Assembly (NCBI GenBank): GCA_964035545.1
Contig: OZ037770.1
Span: 1,364,001-1,428,000 of the forward strand
From: Bugula neritina
Taxonomy: Eukaryota; Animalia; Bryozoa
Direction: 5' to 3'
Length of the DNA stretch: 64,000 nt
Shown here: positions 1 through 22,100 of the stretch, piece by piece
Position numbering within the stretch: the first letter of the stretch is position 1
Layout: each line of letters opens with the position of its first letter
The notes under the pieces: model-generated
The model's database searches: none
What the model was told of the DNA's origin: nothing
What the model saw: the letters and a program-made list of their open reading frames with translations, nothing else
Program-made: the position numbers and the translations under genes

Positions 1-453
1 AAAATTCTGCTTTCCTCATAAAAGAGTAGAAATGGTGCTTCTGAAGAGCCTTAATATATACCGTACCAAAAAGGTTTGAGAATTTCCTAACTACTGAACA
101 TAATGATAATGTCTGTATCTATAATAAACATATCAGATATGACTCAGTCAGAAACTAGTTCAACCCTCAAATTACTTATAATTAGACATCAGAACAGCCC
201 TAATTATTACTTATGATTAAATGTTGTTACAGCCCTAGTTATTATTTATAACACAAGATCATCCCAGCACTATTTTATAATTAAATAGTTGACATAACTT
301 TACTCAAGTAAATACAGTCACCCTTACAGGACTACTATCATATAGGTGTGAAAGGTGTGAAATATTATACAGTCTTGCTTAGCATTATATTCACTCAATA
401 CGAGCTAAAAAGCACCAGAATTAAGAAAAGCAGAATCAAGAAAGAAAACTTAC

Positions 454-3400
454 TATACTCTGAGATGTGGTGAACAGGTGAACATATTGATGGACTTCTT
501 CAAACCTGGAAGACTCTCGAGACAGGAAACAGAAGATTTTCTCCTCTTTCACAAAAGCGCAGTAGCTGATCTGAGTGAGTGAGTTAGCTAGAAGTACGAC
601 CTACCAAATAAATCCCCAGTAAAAGGTAGAAAGAGAAAGCTGGATACAAGCAATTAATGTTAATGGAGACAAAGTTAACCACATGCATTTGTAATGTGGT
701 CTATTATATAATTCCCAATCAATCTGAAAGAATAATTTTTACATTATTCATAAACACAATTCATCCTTAAACTGTAATTAACCTTCTTTACAATTGTTTC
801 TCCAAAAAATTTCAATATAAACAATCAAAACTCAACTGCATAGCTAACTTTAAAGTTTGGAATTTTTTCTCAACTCTTTTAGACAATTTTGTTTAAAAGT
901 TCAACCTTTAAGGATCCTAATGTTTGGAAAAAACTGAATATTCAAATAGCGTGCTCTAGTAAAAAGCTTTAATAAATATCTTCAACTAATATAATACAGT
1001 AACTATAGCAGCTGATATAGCAGTATAACTTCTCACCTGTCCCCTATGATCAGTGACCTTCACCCCAGCAGCGGATATCGTAAACAATACAGGCACTTTA
1101 CCTACGGTCAAGTTGGCTTTCTTCTAAAATGTGTGTAAATAACAAAACTTTAATCTACTTTATAATATAAAATGCTGTCAACTACTGCCACTCACTAAAA
1201 TAATTATTGTAGCTGTAATATTGACTTGATGTTTGGGCTTAAATCAACAATCAAAAGTTTTGGAGTTGCTTATCCTTGTTTCTCCATGAAAGTAAATAAA
1301 ATTGCAATAAATGATGTAAGTAATAAACTATAATTGATAATGCCAGAAAAGGCATTTGAACATAAATGCTTCTGTGCTACATGCAACTGAAAGTCAGGAA
1401 CCAACTGTTACCAACAGTTATGAAACAAGGAAATTCTTGCCATAACATATGCTAACTAAAGTTGTAGTGGTTTTATTCTGTAGATATTTGGACATCCAAA
1501 CAGTTTTGACATACATACTACCTAAATTACCTAAAACACTTCTTGTTATTACACTCTTTTACTTTCTATTGCATAGTCGGGACAAGTCCTATACACACTC
1601 ATCACGGTTGGTATCGCCAATAACACCGTAACTAGTTATTAATAAAAATGACACTTTTCTTTAAAATGTTATGGTACAACTAGCAGATTGATGTAGTGAG
1701 AATGCCATATTAATTCTATAAGTACAAGTTGATACGATATGCATGGACAAAAAATACTTAGAGGCCATAGCTCAAAGTCTTAAAATCTACACGCAAGTTA
1801 ATGGACATTTGTTTTTTTCCTTCCGTAGACCAAGGACAAACATGCAGGCTATCTTGAACTTGCTTCATGCTTAACGAGCCATCTGGTATTTCCTATTACA
1901 AGGTTAATCTAACAAGATCCTGCTCTCAGATTCAGTCAGAAGGTTAGCATAGCCAGCGAGTGAGGTTATTTATAGCTACTATGAAGAAGGAGATTAGTTT
2001 TTGCTCTTTACTAAGCTCCCTTTTTAATGATACTTTTCCTGTTCTCCGTACAATAAAAGCTCAATGAAAAGTAATATAGAAATGGTAGATTTTACTAGCC
2101 ACAAGTATTCTATTTAAAATGTAAACAAGAAATACTTTAAATGAATGTAATTCCTTTTCTTTAGAAGTACTTCTTTAAAGCATATTTGTTGCAAACAAAC
2201 AGCTCCTAACCCCCACAAAATGAGTTTTGTGACTGAGAATGCATGACTTGCAACTTGACCATTACTAATACCACCACCCTGTCTTGAACAGCAAGCGTGG
2301 AAAATAAAGATTAAACTTTCTTTTAGTAAAGGGAGTAAGCAGTAAGAATTATGCGCTATATAGTTTGATTGGGTCTAACTTGCCGTTAAAGTAATTTCCA
2401 TCAAAAGCCCTCATGGAAAATGTGAATTGAATCAATTTGATTCTACTGTGGCTCAGGGCCAATCATGACTAAAAGCTCTTTCTGACATCATCAAATGTCT
2501 TTCAAGAAGAGTTTTACATGGATTTAAACCCATGATAATTATTTCAATGTTCTATTATAACCATTGGATTGCATAGTTATAGTGTGTCCAGAATATTGTA
2601 AATAGTAATCTACTGGTTTCAGCAGCGTGATGCTAGGTCATGAGCTCAAACCCCAGCAGGCTCATTAATGATGTCACGGAGGCACATAATAGCAATTCTT
2701 AGTTATACACAACTATCAGACTATATTTTACCAACATGGTGAGAGGCATAAGTGACAGCCTTCCTTCAACATTTTGTACACCTAGAATCCTCATCACTAC
2801 CAATAGCTCTCACAAGTGTGATGCACTCAACTATGCAAACCAATAATACTACGAATGTGGACACGTAACTTATCTGGCATGCGTGAGCAGAAGAGTACGA
2901 TATGAAACCTTTTAATACAATTCAACAAAACCTTCCTATATACTCTATCCATGTCCTAAATATCCATGGAACTTACAACTATTAGCAACATGTAGCATGG
3001 TGATCTTAATTTACCTGAACGGCTTTAATCCTCTTTTTGATGTAGTCTTGCTGAAGCCAATCTTCAGGTTTTTTAGCTGCGTAGGATCCAAGATACTGAA
3101 ACAAAGTGAATATATACAAATTCAGTGCACACCAGACAAACAAATATGTAGAACTTTTTTTTAGCTTTTGTTCTACGCTTTTACAGCAAAACTTTCCAAG
3201 ACTTCATGTTTACCTGACGAAATAGTTGAAAACTGCAGATAGTGCTTTCTTTGTGTTTCGATCCTTTAGAAGATCGAAATAGATAGATTAGTCTTGAGAA
3301 AACAAGAAAATGTGTTAAAATAAAAAAGGGAGATAATGGGGTATTGTTCATTAAGAAAGAATACAGCTATTAGTTCATTAGAATGATAATGATCAGTATA

Positions 3401-6071
3401 CAAAGGGCACCTGCCAAGTACAGCAACCACCTTGCATGTCATCTCATACACAGTATCCAACCACCTTGCATCTCATGTCATGCACAACTAACTACACCAA
3501 CTTGCAGGACACAGAACTCAATCTAAACCCATTTTACATATTGTCCCATATAGGCCACCCACTTACTTTAGAGGTGGCAGTTTCCACTAACTACACAGTT
3601 ATACTAATGACTGACAGACAACGAGTAGAAGTGGTCTAGTGACTAGAGCACTGTCCTAGTAAACACTGGTTTGTGGTTTGAATCCCACTTAAGACCATAT
3701 GGTGATGTAAGTGAAGGGATAAAAGATAAGTTCTACTAAAAAAGTATTTCCACCAAAGGAACTTGTGAAATTGTTTTATTTAAGTGAGAGTTTCTATTAT
3801 TTCAAGTGGCAAATCAAAAAAGTATAAATTGAAATTTTGAAAAGTTGTAAAATCTACTTTTAGACTGAATACCCTTCATCGTGAAAAGAACATGGCTTGT
3901 TTATTATTATAAACTAAATAGAAAACCTTCTTATGTTATAAACACTTTGAAAAGCTGCTGAATATTATTTGACTTGGCCAAAGCCTATTTCTTTCTGAAT
4001 ACTTAGCTGTTCATACTTAACCTTTATTTTACAGAAAATAAATATTTATAGGTGATATATACTATTGAAAGAGCGACAGTTGGTAACTCTATCTGATAAA
4101 GGAATCTCTCAAATTTAGTCCTTCAAAGTAACTTTTCTTCTTCCTTATAAATCAAAACTACTTCAGTACTAATCCCAGGATTACACAAAACCTTGAAAGC
4201 CTAAGTTTTATTTTTATGTGGCTGCACTTTACTGAGGCATGACTGATGAGTCCAAACAAAAGGATTGATTTAATCATCGGCACACTAAAGTACTAGTATT
4301 TGCCAAAAGAACAGGTGAATAATTCAGGATACTGGTAATAATTTATTCAGTTATGCAAACTAACGCTACCTATTAGAATAATAACTTATTAAGTAACTTC
4401 ACACAATGCTGTGACTTTATCAAGCCGACATTTTAAATGACCTGCTAACAACAAATCTGGCAAGCTTTCCTTCACCTCCATCTGTTTAAAATCTTTGCCC
4501 CCACTTGGATTTAAACCCAGACCATTACACAGGGGTAGCTGAGTAAATTAAACGTTGCCATCTGTAGAACTTTTTCCAGTTCAAATTCTCTAAGGGCTTG
4601 GCAGGTTCTCTCCTACCAACTCTCATGGTACCAAAAGAAGGAAAAACTCTGTCTACTTAATCCTTTTGTCGATAACTGGTGATTACTAAATGCAAACACA
4701 ACATGATTAGTTTCTGAAAGAAAGTTTCCTTGTCAGCTGAAGTTTGTGTATTCAATAGCAACAGAGAACTATTAGAGTTGAACTTTCAATTATATGTATA
4801 GCCTTGTATTAGCGCATGATCTCAAAACTGATCAGAGAACGCTCTGACAGGTCTCTAATTATACATATACTTCTAAACATGTCAAGTCTGAACCAAAGTA
4901 TGATAATGGTTTTGTTTTTCGTAGAAATGTCAAAATGTTGAAAGAACTGAAAACTAGTTATTGGACATTGACTTTGATTTGTATGTTACTTTCAATTTGA
5001 TAAGATCCTGTACACTAATGACTTAGCCATAAGTCAGAACACTTTTAAGATTCTTTAAAGAGTTTAAATAGAATACCCATTTAAACAATACAAAACTGGC
5101 ATATTGCCCAAGATTTAGTTTGATGATCACCTTTGCATTGAGGAAAATAGTTGAAATCTAAATAGTTTAACTTTTCATTATAATTAAAGAAAGTTTGTTA
5201 AATAATTTATGTTGGTAGATGACTGAACACATGCATAGACGTTTTTCAGCTTGGTACTTAAAAGGCTTTTTCAGAGGAATTTACTGTTAAATTATTTTAT
5301 CCAAAAAAACCAGCTTGTGTCTTGAAAAATACATGAAACAAAAAAGTCTTTAGGAAGTATTTTGTAATAGAAAAGTTTAAAAAGGCAAATATTTTGATGA
5401 CAATGTAATTAGGCATGGTAATCAATCAAATTGAATCTTCAGTTATTTGGAATGGAGATTTAATGACGGGTTTTTAATTAGTCCTTTGCTTATAGTAATT
5501 GTAGAGTTGGCAAAGTTATTCAAATGAAGCCCAAATATTATGCATAAAGACAAAGCTTTTTAATTTGAATCAGCTACTTGAAAATATAAACAATCTAGTC
5601 ACTAAAAAAATCTCAATTTCATTATTATTATCCCAGTTTTAGAAATAGTGTATAGTTTGATCTTGAACCTGTTGTATGGTAGTGTATGTAGTACATACCC
5701 CATTCTATATCTTTGCAAAAACACATAGCATTAAGTATATAATGACAAAATTACTTTAGTTTTTTAGAATAAAAGCAACCTGCTGTTCCCATCTTAAAAA
5801 TCAAAATGCCTTGTTATGAGCTTAATCTAATTCTATAATTATTTAAGCTCTATAGCTATTTTTAGTTCACAAGTTTACCGTTTTTAAAATTGGAAATTTC
5901 TCGCCTAAAGTATAAAAACTTAAACTTCTAAAGTTGCATTTATACAATTTTTAGTTAGAGTTATATAAACGAAACTTCAGGTTTCTCACACACAAAGTTT
6001 TAAGTTGAAAACGTCTCGATTCCACTCACCTCCAACTCAAACATGCATAGTCCAGCACCAGCAGTAATCAT
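454..6071 (-). CDS. PTB/PID-domain adaptor protein, SH2D5-like (5' part; continues beyond window start)
   Basis: Phase-0 GT-AG exons 6071-6030 (MITAGAGLCMFELE), 3095-3015 (YLGSYAAKKPEDWLQQDYIKKRIKAVQ), 1123-1037 (KKANLTVGKVPVLFTISAAGVKVTDHRGQ) and 600-454 (VVLLANSLTQISYCAFVKEEKIFCFLSRESSRFEEVHQYVHLFTTSQSI). The YLGS, ISxxGVKV, ISYC, FxFxxR and HLF pattern is typical of PTB domains. The SH2D5 resemblance is from recall only. The first exon is the least certain. Confidence 0.8.
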
Positions 6072-9012
6072 TACTCATACTAAGATGTATCTATCTTCCA
6101 GTATATCTAATCCTCTCAGGTTTGATGCCCTAAACGAGTAAAACAAGTGACGATTGCAAAATTTCAGCTACGATCCTGCTTCCTTGGCATTCCAGCTTAC
6201 GCAAGCGTATACTACGATTACAATGAACAAACAGATGAACGTTAACCGAACTTGTCCGTCAATAGTTCAATACTCGTACTGTAAATCCCCTATTTCTCCC
6301 CACGTCTAGTGAAGATTAATTTAATTTCAATTATGTTAGTCTCTGATAATAAATAATATATTAATTACCATGCACTCTAAAGCTGTCTCATAAAGTGCAC
6401 TAGATAGTAACTATAAATATCGTAATGAAAAAAGAATTAACTAGCTATAGCTATAAATTAAAACCTAACTAACTATTATGTTGAGCACTGCAAGAGTCAA
6501 GAACATTGCATGAATTCTTAATGACACAAAGTCTTTATAAATTCTTGACGGATTATCACGAAGAAATAAGATAGCATTCCAAAGCCTTCTAATTATAAGA
6601 AATAAGATTAGTAAATTGATATATTTCAACAAGTTTTAATAAGAAATTTTACAAAAAATTGATTTGCATTTTAAAGGGAAAACTAGAAGATTTTTTCGTA
6701 TATAGCATATGAAAAAGTTATTTTCAGGTACAAACTTATAACTTGTCTTAATTTGAAACTAAAAATTACTCACAGAAACAACACGAAATGTTTATTAAAG
6801 TATTTATAATTTCAGATATCTTATCTTTTTCAACTTTTATACTTTATGTAAAAACTCTTCGAAGCAATTTCATTTGTAGGGAATATAAAGACCAATAGTT
6901 TGAATACTATAAAAAATGTGATTACATAACTTACACCCACTCTCCTATAGCTGGAAATGAAACAGTTTATCAAAGCTACCACTGTTTCTCTCTCAGTTAA
7001 TTTGAGTTCAATTTCCAACACCTGAAGTGTCAACTGTCAATAACAATGCAGCTGCAATAACAAGACGAATCACCTTATTGATTAGAAAGTCATAAATGAA
7101 AACACGACATGTTAAAGAGACATAAGCTGCCTGAATATCAATCAATAGCCTCGATATTGTATCTGAACAATGTTGCTGCTGTAACCATATTGACAAGGAT
7201 GAGTCACATGATAATTATGTAAATATATTCAATATGTGTTGGCAAATGTTTCATTTCAATATCTCATAACTAGTAGAAAATACCGGAAACTGTTTTTAAT
7301 GCATTCATTCATAGCAAAAAATAATGCTTCATTTTTTCAAGTTATAGCTATAAAATTAGTAAATAATATTTTTAGTTTTATAAACAAAAATGAGCTACAA
7401 TTATTCTCATATTGCTTTTAGCAAATGACATATTATGTTTATTTGCATGATGCAGACTGGAATGTGCAAGCTGCTGTCAATATTGTGAAAATTTGCATTA
7501 AAATAATGTCTTTCTTTACAGTAGAGTCTCATATGCATAATAAATACGCATCCAGGGTACTTTTACTACTCTTCCTGTTTTATTCAAATCGACTGAAGAT
7601 TTAATTGATTATTTTTAGTTTATGTTAATGTTTAAAAGCTTTTCTTCGTGCCATATACCAATTGAAATGCTTAGTTTGGTGTGTAACTCTATCCCATACT
7701 ATCTCATATTATTGGCGAGAAAAGCTAAATACAACACGTATATTATTCTAACTAGTCACAAGTTATAATACTAGATTTTCTTTTAAATAAGATTTTGTGT
7801 AGACATTATTGTAGAATGTTCCAGATAAAAAAAATCTTTTATCTATATATATGCAAATTACATATTTATAAATTATATATAAAATTGACTTTTGTATGGA
7901 TAAAGTTTTATTAAAGTGTTTTATACAATAAATAAAATAATTTTTATATCACAATATAAATATATTTGAAATCAAACATATTAATTGCTTAATGACTTTG
8001 AAAAATAATCCTTGTGAATAGAAAAAAGTGAATATAAATTACTATAGATCTGATTTCCACGATTTTTTAGGTTTAGCTTCCGTATACGCTTGTGTGTCAA
8101 AAATTAATAACTGACAGAATATAAACTATTTAAAACATGAGAATTCCAATTACGCACCTTTCATTTACCAGTATAATTGTTTTGTCACATGGAAAAACAA
8201 CTTCAGCTAAAGCCTACAAAATGTTAGAACTCTAGCTTGAGCGTTTATAAATAAAAAGTACCCAGTATTTTGAATTCTCCATCTCTTTGGGAATCCCATA
8301 ATACAAGTTTTTTGAAAAGGCAAAGACACAGTTTATTAACATCTAGTTGCAGCACAGAGAAAAATATATTCTTCCTGACATTACCAATAACTTTAATAGG
8401 ACTTGAACCCATGACCACCTATGCTTATCATTTCTTTAACCTTTTTAGAAAATTATTCAAGTACGCTTAAAAACTTATATTGAGATTGGGTAATAATGCA
8501 TGCATTTGAGTATTTACAGTAGCTTTATACTACAACTAGCTTAGCTAAAGTTAATTCTTGTAGATTGCTTTTATTTAGCTTACTTGAAGCATCTTATTGT
8601 TAAAAAGCTTTCCAACTAACTCTTACATAAACACAATGCTGTAATTGGACACATTTGGTAAATATTATTCTTTGAAACTTAAGCGATTCCATTGTTGTGT
8701 GAGTTCTAATTTTCTCACTTACTTGACAAGCAATTATCTATTTATGTGTGAGAAGGTGTATCGCATTAACTGCTATTTAAACTATGGCTTTGGGCAGTAC
8801 AACAGCTTCTTTAAATGAAATATTTCGGTATTGATGCAGCTTTAAAGTCTTTTTAGAAAGGTCTTTCTATAAACAAAATCATTTAACAACTAGCCAATTG
8901 CTATTTTTGGCTTTAATGATGGTTCATGCATTGAGAATTTAAAAATTTTGTATTGCTAATAGCTTTTGTTTTTGCATTAAAGCTGTTTAATTTAAACTTA
9001 TCATAAAACCAT

Positions 9013-9110
9013 GTGGTGTTGAGTTTACCCAGCAGCCCCTGTAGTGTAAATGGTTAGCGCACCTGCTTTCAAGCCAGAGGTCTGTGGTTCGAATCCCAGT
9101 GGGGGCAATT
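9013..9110 (+). mobile_element. tRNA-derived short repeat family A
   Basis: Leader gtgttgagtttacccagcagcccc, A-box-like tagtgtaaatgg, B box ggttcgaatccc. Homologous to copies near 15173, 23517, 31808, 57021 and 57226. Confidence 0.75.
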
Positions 9111-10557
9111 ATTTTACAAGGCATTTCAATTCTGTCACTTCTTTTATTTACTGCATTAACTTATATTTTGAATTCTTTTTAGGATGTTACAAACAAGAAT
9201 TGACTTTATTTCTAAATTTATTTTGATAAAATATATATTCGTATGTTTAGTAATAGAATATTATGGCTCATTATAAGCCATTTGCTAACTGAGTATCTAA
9301 AAGTATAAATGTTGTAAAATTTTCCAATTTCTATTCTCCATTCTCTTCCAATTTGAACACTTCCTTTAGATTGCACAATATTTTCAAAAACCGTTTCTAG
9401 ATTTGACTAAACAGATTATTAGATTGCTTACACTAATCTCTACACAAAATTAATTGTGAAATATTTTAACAATCAGCAGGAAAATGCTAATCTCCTAATA
9501 CTTCCTTGTGAGATTTTCTGCAGATTAACTCTCAGTCTGTGATGACTCACCATAATACAGGATGATTACAAGTTATCAAAACGATAACAGGATAACTTAG
9601 AATTTTTTATATGCTGAATTGTAAGTGGTTGTTACAGCGCAGCAACAAGATTGTATCATGCAAAACTGTAGCATGTGATGAGTCACGTACACTATTCTCG
9701 GACAACTATACCTAGCTTATGAGATAATCCTAAGAACAATACATGATGCTGCTGTTTTTTTAAAGTTGCGAGTTGGTTCTACCTGGAAAAAGATGATCTA
9801 CTTAAACAAATGGAACATAAGCTCTTTGTAATTAATGGACACTTTAAAACATGCTGTGCAAATTCTGCATGCGATTACTCAATAAAGTATAATAATTATA
9901 TACATTGTTACATATACATTCTAGTTATATAATGTAATGTGGTGCAGCCTTTTTGTGAAGTTATATACAATAAAACTATACACAGCAATAAAGGACAAAA
10001 ATTATTTTATTGCAATAAACTTGAGTTAAATAAAATATTTCACTTTGCCTTCTCGATCATTACTGAATAACGTAAGTATGAATTCTTTTCTTGACGGAAA
10101 TTTCCAAGCTTATTTCAGAGTTCAGTTTATAATGTGAACAATTTTAAAACTTTCCTCTACAGTATTTCTAGCTTTAATAATGTATATTCATTGCAAATAA
10201 ATAACATAATGACATTATTATATAATTATCAAATACTATAAAACAAATACAGTCAGACAATATTTTCTCATAAACTTCTTGTTCTACACAAACATATTTC
10301 CCTAAGTAACATACTATAATCATACTATATGCAATTTGCTTAGTAGTTTAAACAGTTAGAGTCGTAATACAATGCTCTATAATATATAAATTCACAACAT
10401 CGGAATATGAATCTCTATTGTCATAGTAACACCAATAAATAAAAACAATACAAAATAACTTGTCAAATGAAAACCTTAACAAAAAATAGAGAGAATGCCT
10501 TGCAGAGTTTACGACATGCATAATCGTTAATTTACATCCAGGTAACAGCTGATTAGC

Positions 10558-17162
<6,605 letters not shown>

Positions 17163-18952
17163 TCTACTTGACTCTACTGACAAGAGGAACATCATATAAC
17201 ATGGTGAGCTTATTTGAGATAATATCAGCTTAAAAGATATAGTAATAAATTGTGTCTAAACTTGGTGTGTGTTTGTGTTTGTGTGTTTTAGTAATGAAAA
17301 AGTGGTCAGAAGAAAAAATATATGCAAATGTAATTTATGCCAGTGTATATTATTTTCCTTGACAGGTTTTGAATGGTTCTACAGCATCATAATATGCTTT
17401 TATATATTTAAATTATGACTGCATTTTTTTTTCAAATGCAGTGGATTTTGCAGCATTTCAAGTGCATATATTTATTTTTTCATTTGAGAAAATTGCAAAG
17501 TATTTGGAGCTGAGAGTTTAGGGTTGATTAGCTCTCCCTTGAGAGAGGGTATTGCGTAATATGCTATATTTGCATTGGTTTATGCACCAAACTATTCATT
17601 TACAGAGATGCTCGTCCTATGAGACCCTGCTTGTCAATATAAAAGCATAATCACCGGATAGAATCTATCAGGTGATTATATAACCGGTATCTTGAACCAA
17701 AAGGAGGCTTATATCAGTATTGTATTTGTGACAATCACAAATACAGCTAATTTAAAGTAATTGAAAATAAAGATTTATAATTCAAAGTAATTAGTCTGCA
17801 ATATTTTACACAATGCTTTTTATTATCATTTCTCTACATGAAGTGTAAACTGTTTACATATAAATAGATTTACAACATGCAAAATATTATATAATTAATT
17901 ACAAATTTTAAGTTTTATATAATTAAGTTTCAGTTTATATAGATTATATTCAATTTGAATTTAACACTTTTGAAACAAAAGCTAGAGTGTATGAAGTTTA
18001 ATAACTAAAACTGTTGTAGATTGAGTATTCTTTTAGAACAGCATTCAATTTTTAGGCATCATAATCTGATTATTTAATGACACGGCTCAGTTATATAATT
18101 GGCCAATTCTTATCACTACTGTATATAAACCTCTGCCAAAGCAAGCCATCTATAACATTTAATTTAGCTTGTAGCGCAATTATTTGAAAATATACCGCTA
18201 ACTGAAAGCTTCCATAATTTCCTACTAGTTAGAAAGTACAGAGCTTGTAATGATGTTGCCGTATAGGACTGACTTGTCCGCGTACGGTTGGGTTTACAAA
18301 GTGTTTACAGGCATACTCAACGCTGCTATACTAAAATGGCATATGCTAGTTTGACTTATTAACACTTGTGTGGTACAAATCAATATTCCATTTAGCAAGT
18401 ATACTGGCTAGATACACTTTAACTCTTAGACGCTGCTGAGTGATTTTACAAAGTGGAGACTCTGTAGCACTAAAAGTTGGCTGAATTCTAGCGCTGACCT
18501 ATTTAACCGACAATAAGTTGCAGAGTTATTAGTAGCATCGTATAAATCTGAAAATAGGCATAAGATATATGACTAGTTCAAAATTGTATACAAAACTTTA
18601 GAAAGGGTCAATTACTTCCATAATACAATTTACTTGTAACTTTTGGATTTGGCCAGTCTCACCGTATCTTGTAAGGAATTATATTGACGAAAGTTTACCA
18701 TGCAAATTTTTCAGTAAATATTAAGACTATGAAAATGAATAATAACTTTATAGTATTAAATTTTATATTCACTTTACATTATAGCACTTTATAGCACACT
18801 ATAGCACATTATAGCACATTATAATAGCATTTGTAGATGAACTTATGTTTGTTCTGCTGTTGTATAGGTTTGGTACAAGATATACTAAAACGGATTGAGG
18901 ATTGAATATAAGGGTTTCTTATAATCTTCATTTAACTAAAACATATTATACT

Positions 18953-19165
18953 AGCCGTGGTCTAGGGGTTAGAGCGTTTGCCTAGTAAGCACGAAGGTCA
19001 TGGGTTCGAGCCCTGACAAAGGCCATTGGTGATGTTAGGAAGAACATCCAGTCATAATTGCTCCTGTTCGTCATTTGAATAAGTCCTTAGCCCGCTTTAA
19101 CAAAAACCCTTTCTATCAGGGGTTTCTCACAGGGATAGTGACTATAAACTTGCGTGAGTTTTTTA
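18953..19165 (+). mobile_element. tRNA-derived SINE family B (most complete copy)
   Basis: gccgtggtctaggggttagagcg..gggttcgagccc head, body ggtgatgttaggaagaacatccagtcataa..gaataagtccttagccc, tail gtgactataaacttgcgtgagtttttt. Related copies at 13246-13425, about 3630-3720, about 2610-2700 and about 38900-39015 (minus). Confidence 0.75.
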
Positions 19166-22100
19166 TATTATACGAATTAAATTTTTTTTCATACAATTTG
19201 AAAAAATAGCTTGCAGAGTCTATTCACAATCGTTTTGATTATCACGTGTACTTTAAAAGCCATGAAACATTTTAGAATTGCTAAAATTAGATATTTTAAT
19301 GTTTTTTATAATTAAACCCAAGTAAGATTTGCTTGCTCAACACAAAACAAACTATTTAATAAGTTCCATAAAATGAACTACAACCAGTATAAAAATAAAA
19401 AATAGAAGCCAACTGTGATATTTTATTTTCTTGATAAATCAAAACAATGGTTTTTTATTTTTCCTAGTAATTTAGATTACAGAATAAACCACAAAGTCTA
19501 TTTAGTGTGGTTATATGGTTACTGTCACTCTCTATGATTAGGCTACTAAATCATATAGAAGTTACAATTTCTTTTTTTCTATTTTTGGTCCAGCCTTTGA
19601 TTTGAGTGGAATCACTCAAACTATAAGTTAAGAATCTATTTCATTAAAAACTTATATTAATAATATACTCCATTCTACTAACCTTTTCTCAAAACTGGCT
19701 ATTCTCAGATGAGCAACCTTTCGTTGACCTTGTTAGTAAGTTATCAGTCTGAGAAACAACTTGAGTTAAAACTGGGACTAGTTGGATGAGTGAGCAGCAC
19801 ATTGGCAGCAAGACACAGTGTGTAGTACTGAGCAGAGCCCAGCCGAGGCAGCAAATAATGATAATCAATATCCGAGAAAGATGGATAGAACACGGTGGTG
19901 CATTGTGGGTAGTATTTCGCACACATCACACAACTGTACAAGAATAGATACTTATATAATGACAGCTCGAGTGTATTATGTACAAATCAATATTTTGTTG
20001 ATTGGCATTGAGGCTAGAGGCTTCACCATACGGTTGCCAATCTACAAGCATTCAGTTATGGTGGACAATCAATATTTACATGGGTAGACAATTACTATTT
20101 ACTGTTGCTAATATTCACTAAAAGGGAAGATAAGTCTTGTTACTTTAACTCTTTTCACAATCTGATAAGAATAAAAAGTATCCCGTACTACTGAAAGTTG
20201 TAAACATTGCAAACAGTTTTTGATGAACACAAAAAGTTTGTAAAAACAAAAACGAAAACTGATGAATCCATTGCCTTGTGACAAAATTGCCTGGCATGGG
20301 AAACCCGTTCAGCCATATTACAAAGAAAATGTTATTGTTGAAACTTATCTGCAATTAATTTTGCTTTAAAGTAAATTAATTTGTAATTTTTGTCTGCTTT
20401 CGGCTTTATCCTTCTTTCTATGACAATAAAATTTTAAAATGATGGCAATTGTCTTCTCATTTCAGAATAATTTGTTTCCATTTGGAAAAAACTCTTTCTT
20501 AAGAGGTTTTATGTATATCTTTTACACGTGCAACGCAGTATAGCTTAAAACACACGTGGTAAAATATTGAAATACTTTTCTTTATAGGAACATATTTATC
20601 AGAAAGGTATAGGGATTAGGGAAATAAACTTAAACAATGCAACTAGAATACAATCCCTACCCCTCCCTTGTTTTCAAAGCCTGGATACACAGCCAAGAAA
20701 CTTAAAATAACACGTCATTCTACGTTATTGAGAAACCGAGTAACTTGAAAATAATCAGTTTTACAATTTGTTATAAACAAACGTAAACATTCCACCACAC
20801 TGCATCTACTGAATGTATGAATAAACATTGTGTATAATTTCTCTATTGGTAATCAGTGGAGCGTGACACGTGACAGGGCGCAATGCCGTACGTATGAAGA
20901 GTGTACATTAGTAGTACATGCAGAGTAGGTGCGCAAAGACGAAGGGATATTATATACTCCACAGGATAAAATCTCTGCTACGCTCCATGTGCTGTAGGTG
21001 AGTAGTTATATTTCGTGTCTTGACCTTCATAATAGAGCATGAACAAGCCTCAGTTATTATAAAGAAACACTAATATTTGCAGTTTAACTCAGTTATAAAC
21101 CTAGCAAATTAGTTTCCCCAGGATATTAGAAGTGGAATATTATAGAGCAAAGAGCAAGCCAAACTGTTACCCGACTGAAAATTTCATAAAATGTTTTGTA
21201 ATCTTTCAACAATCTTGACCATTTTTGATTCAACTACCTTTCACATGCCAGCATTTTTTCATTTTCAATCCTGTCCGTACAGCGCTACCAATTAGACTTG
21301 GTCAACAAATTTAGATCTCAATAAGAATAGACTTTTTACACAAACTAGACACTCTTCTTCTGTTAATTTCACCTTTTGAGGCTACTTCACCTGTTGGCAA
21401 TATGTGATTAATAGGAAAAGTGCATATCGGTAGCATTATACAAGATGGGTGTCGTACCTTGCAGAAGTAATAAAACAGAAATCAGCTAATTAAGATAAAG
21501 TTTTGAGTTCTCAACTAGAGAAAGATTCCTTTGAAAATTCTCCTCCTTAACGCGATTTGTTCCAATTGTTTGGTGAAGGTTTATTATCCTGTAGCTTTCA
21601 GATATAAAAGTATATAGCAACTAATTCAATCTATAAATAACTAATTTACACATTCTGTTACCCGGGTGATTATATTCAACACGAGATATTAAAGGATCCA
21701 GGATACACTGGCATCACTAACATCTGTTTGGCAATTAAACTCATTCAATGACTATAAAACCATACTATAACTCTCTAAGTTATTGAAAGATCACTTCCTC
21801 CCAGCTTAACAAACTTTTTTATGACCAGTTGGATTTGTCTCTTTCCGCTGTTTCACTTCTTATAAGAATATTTGATGTTGCAATTACTTTTTCCAACTCT
21901 GATATATTTAACAAAAGTTGAAACAAAAATTTTAATGTTTGCTGAGGAATTTACCTAAGATTTACAATTATTAAACAATTATTATTGTTTGCTTACATGA
22001 TAAAAAATCTAACTGCTTTTAAAAAGTACTAAGATTGTAAGATTTCAAACAATTGTATTAAGCTAGTGCGCTAACTGTTAAAGTTAAACTATGGAAAAGG

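Noticed and set aside
6300-10500. Short ORFs between the PTB gene and Syt1
   Set aside because: AT-rich sequence with no motifs or consistent exon chain; probably Syt1 3'UTR and intergenic DNA.
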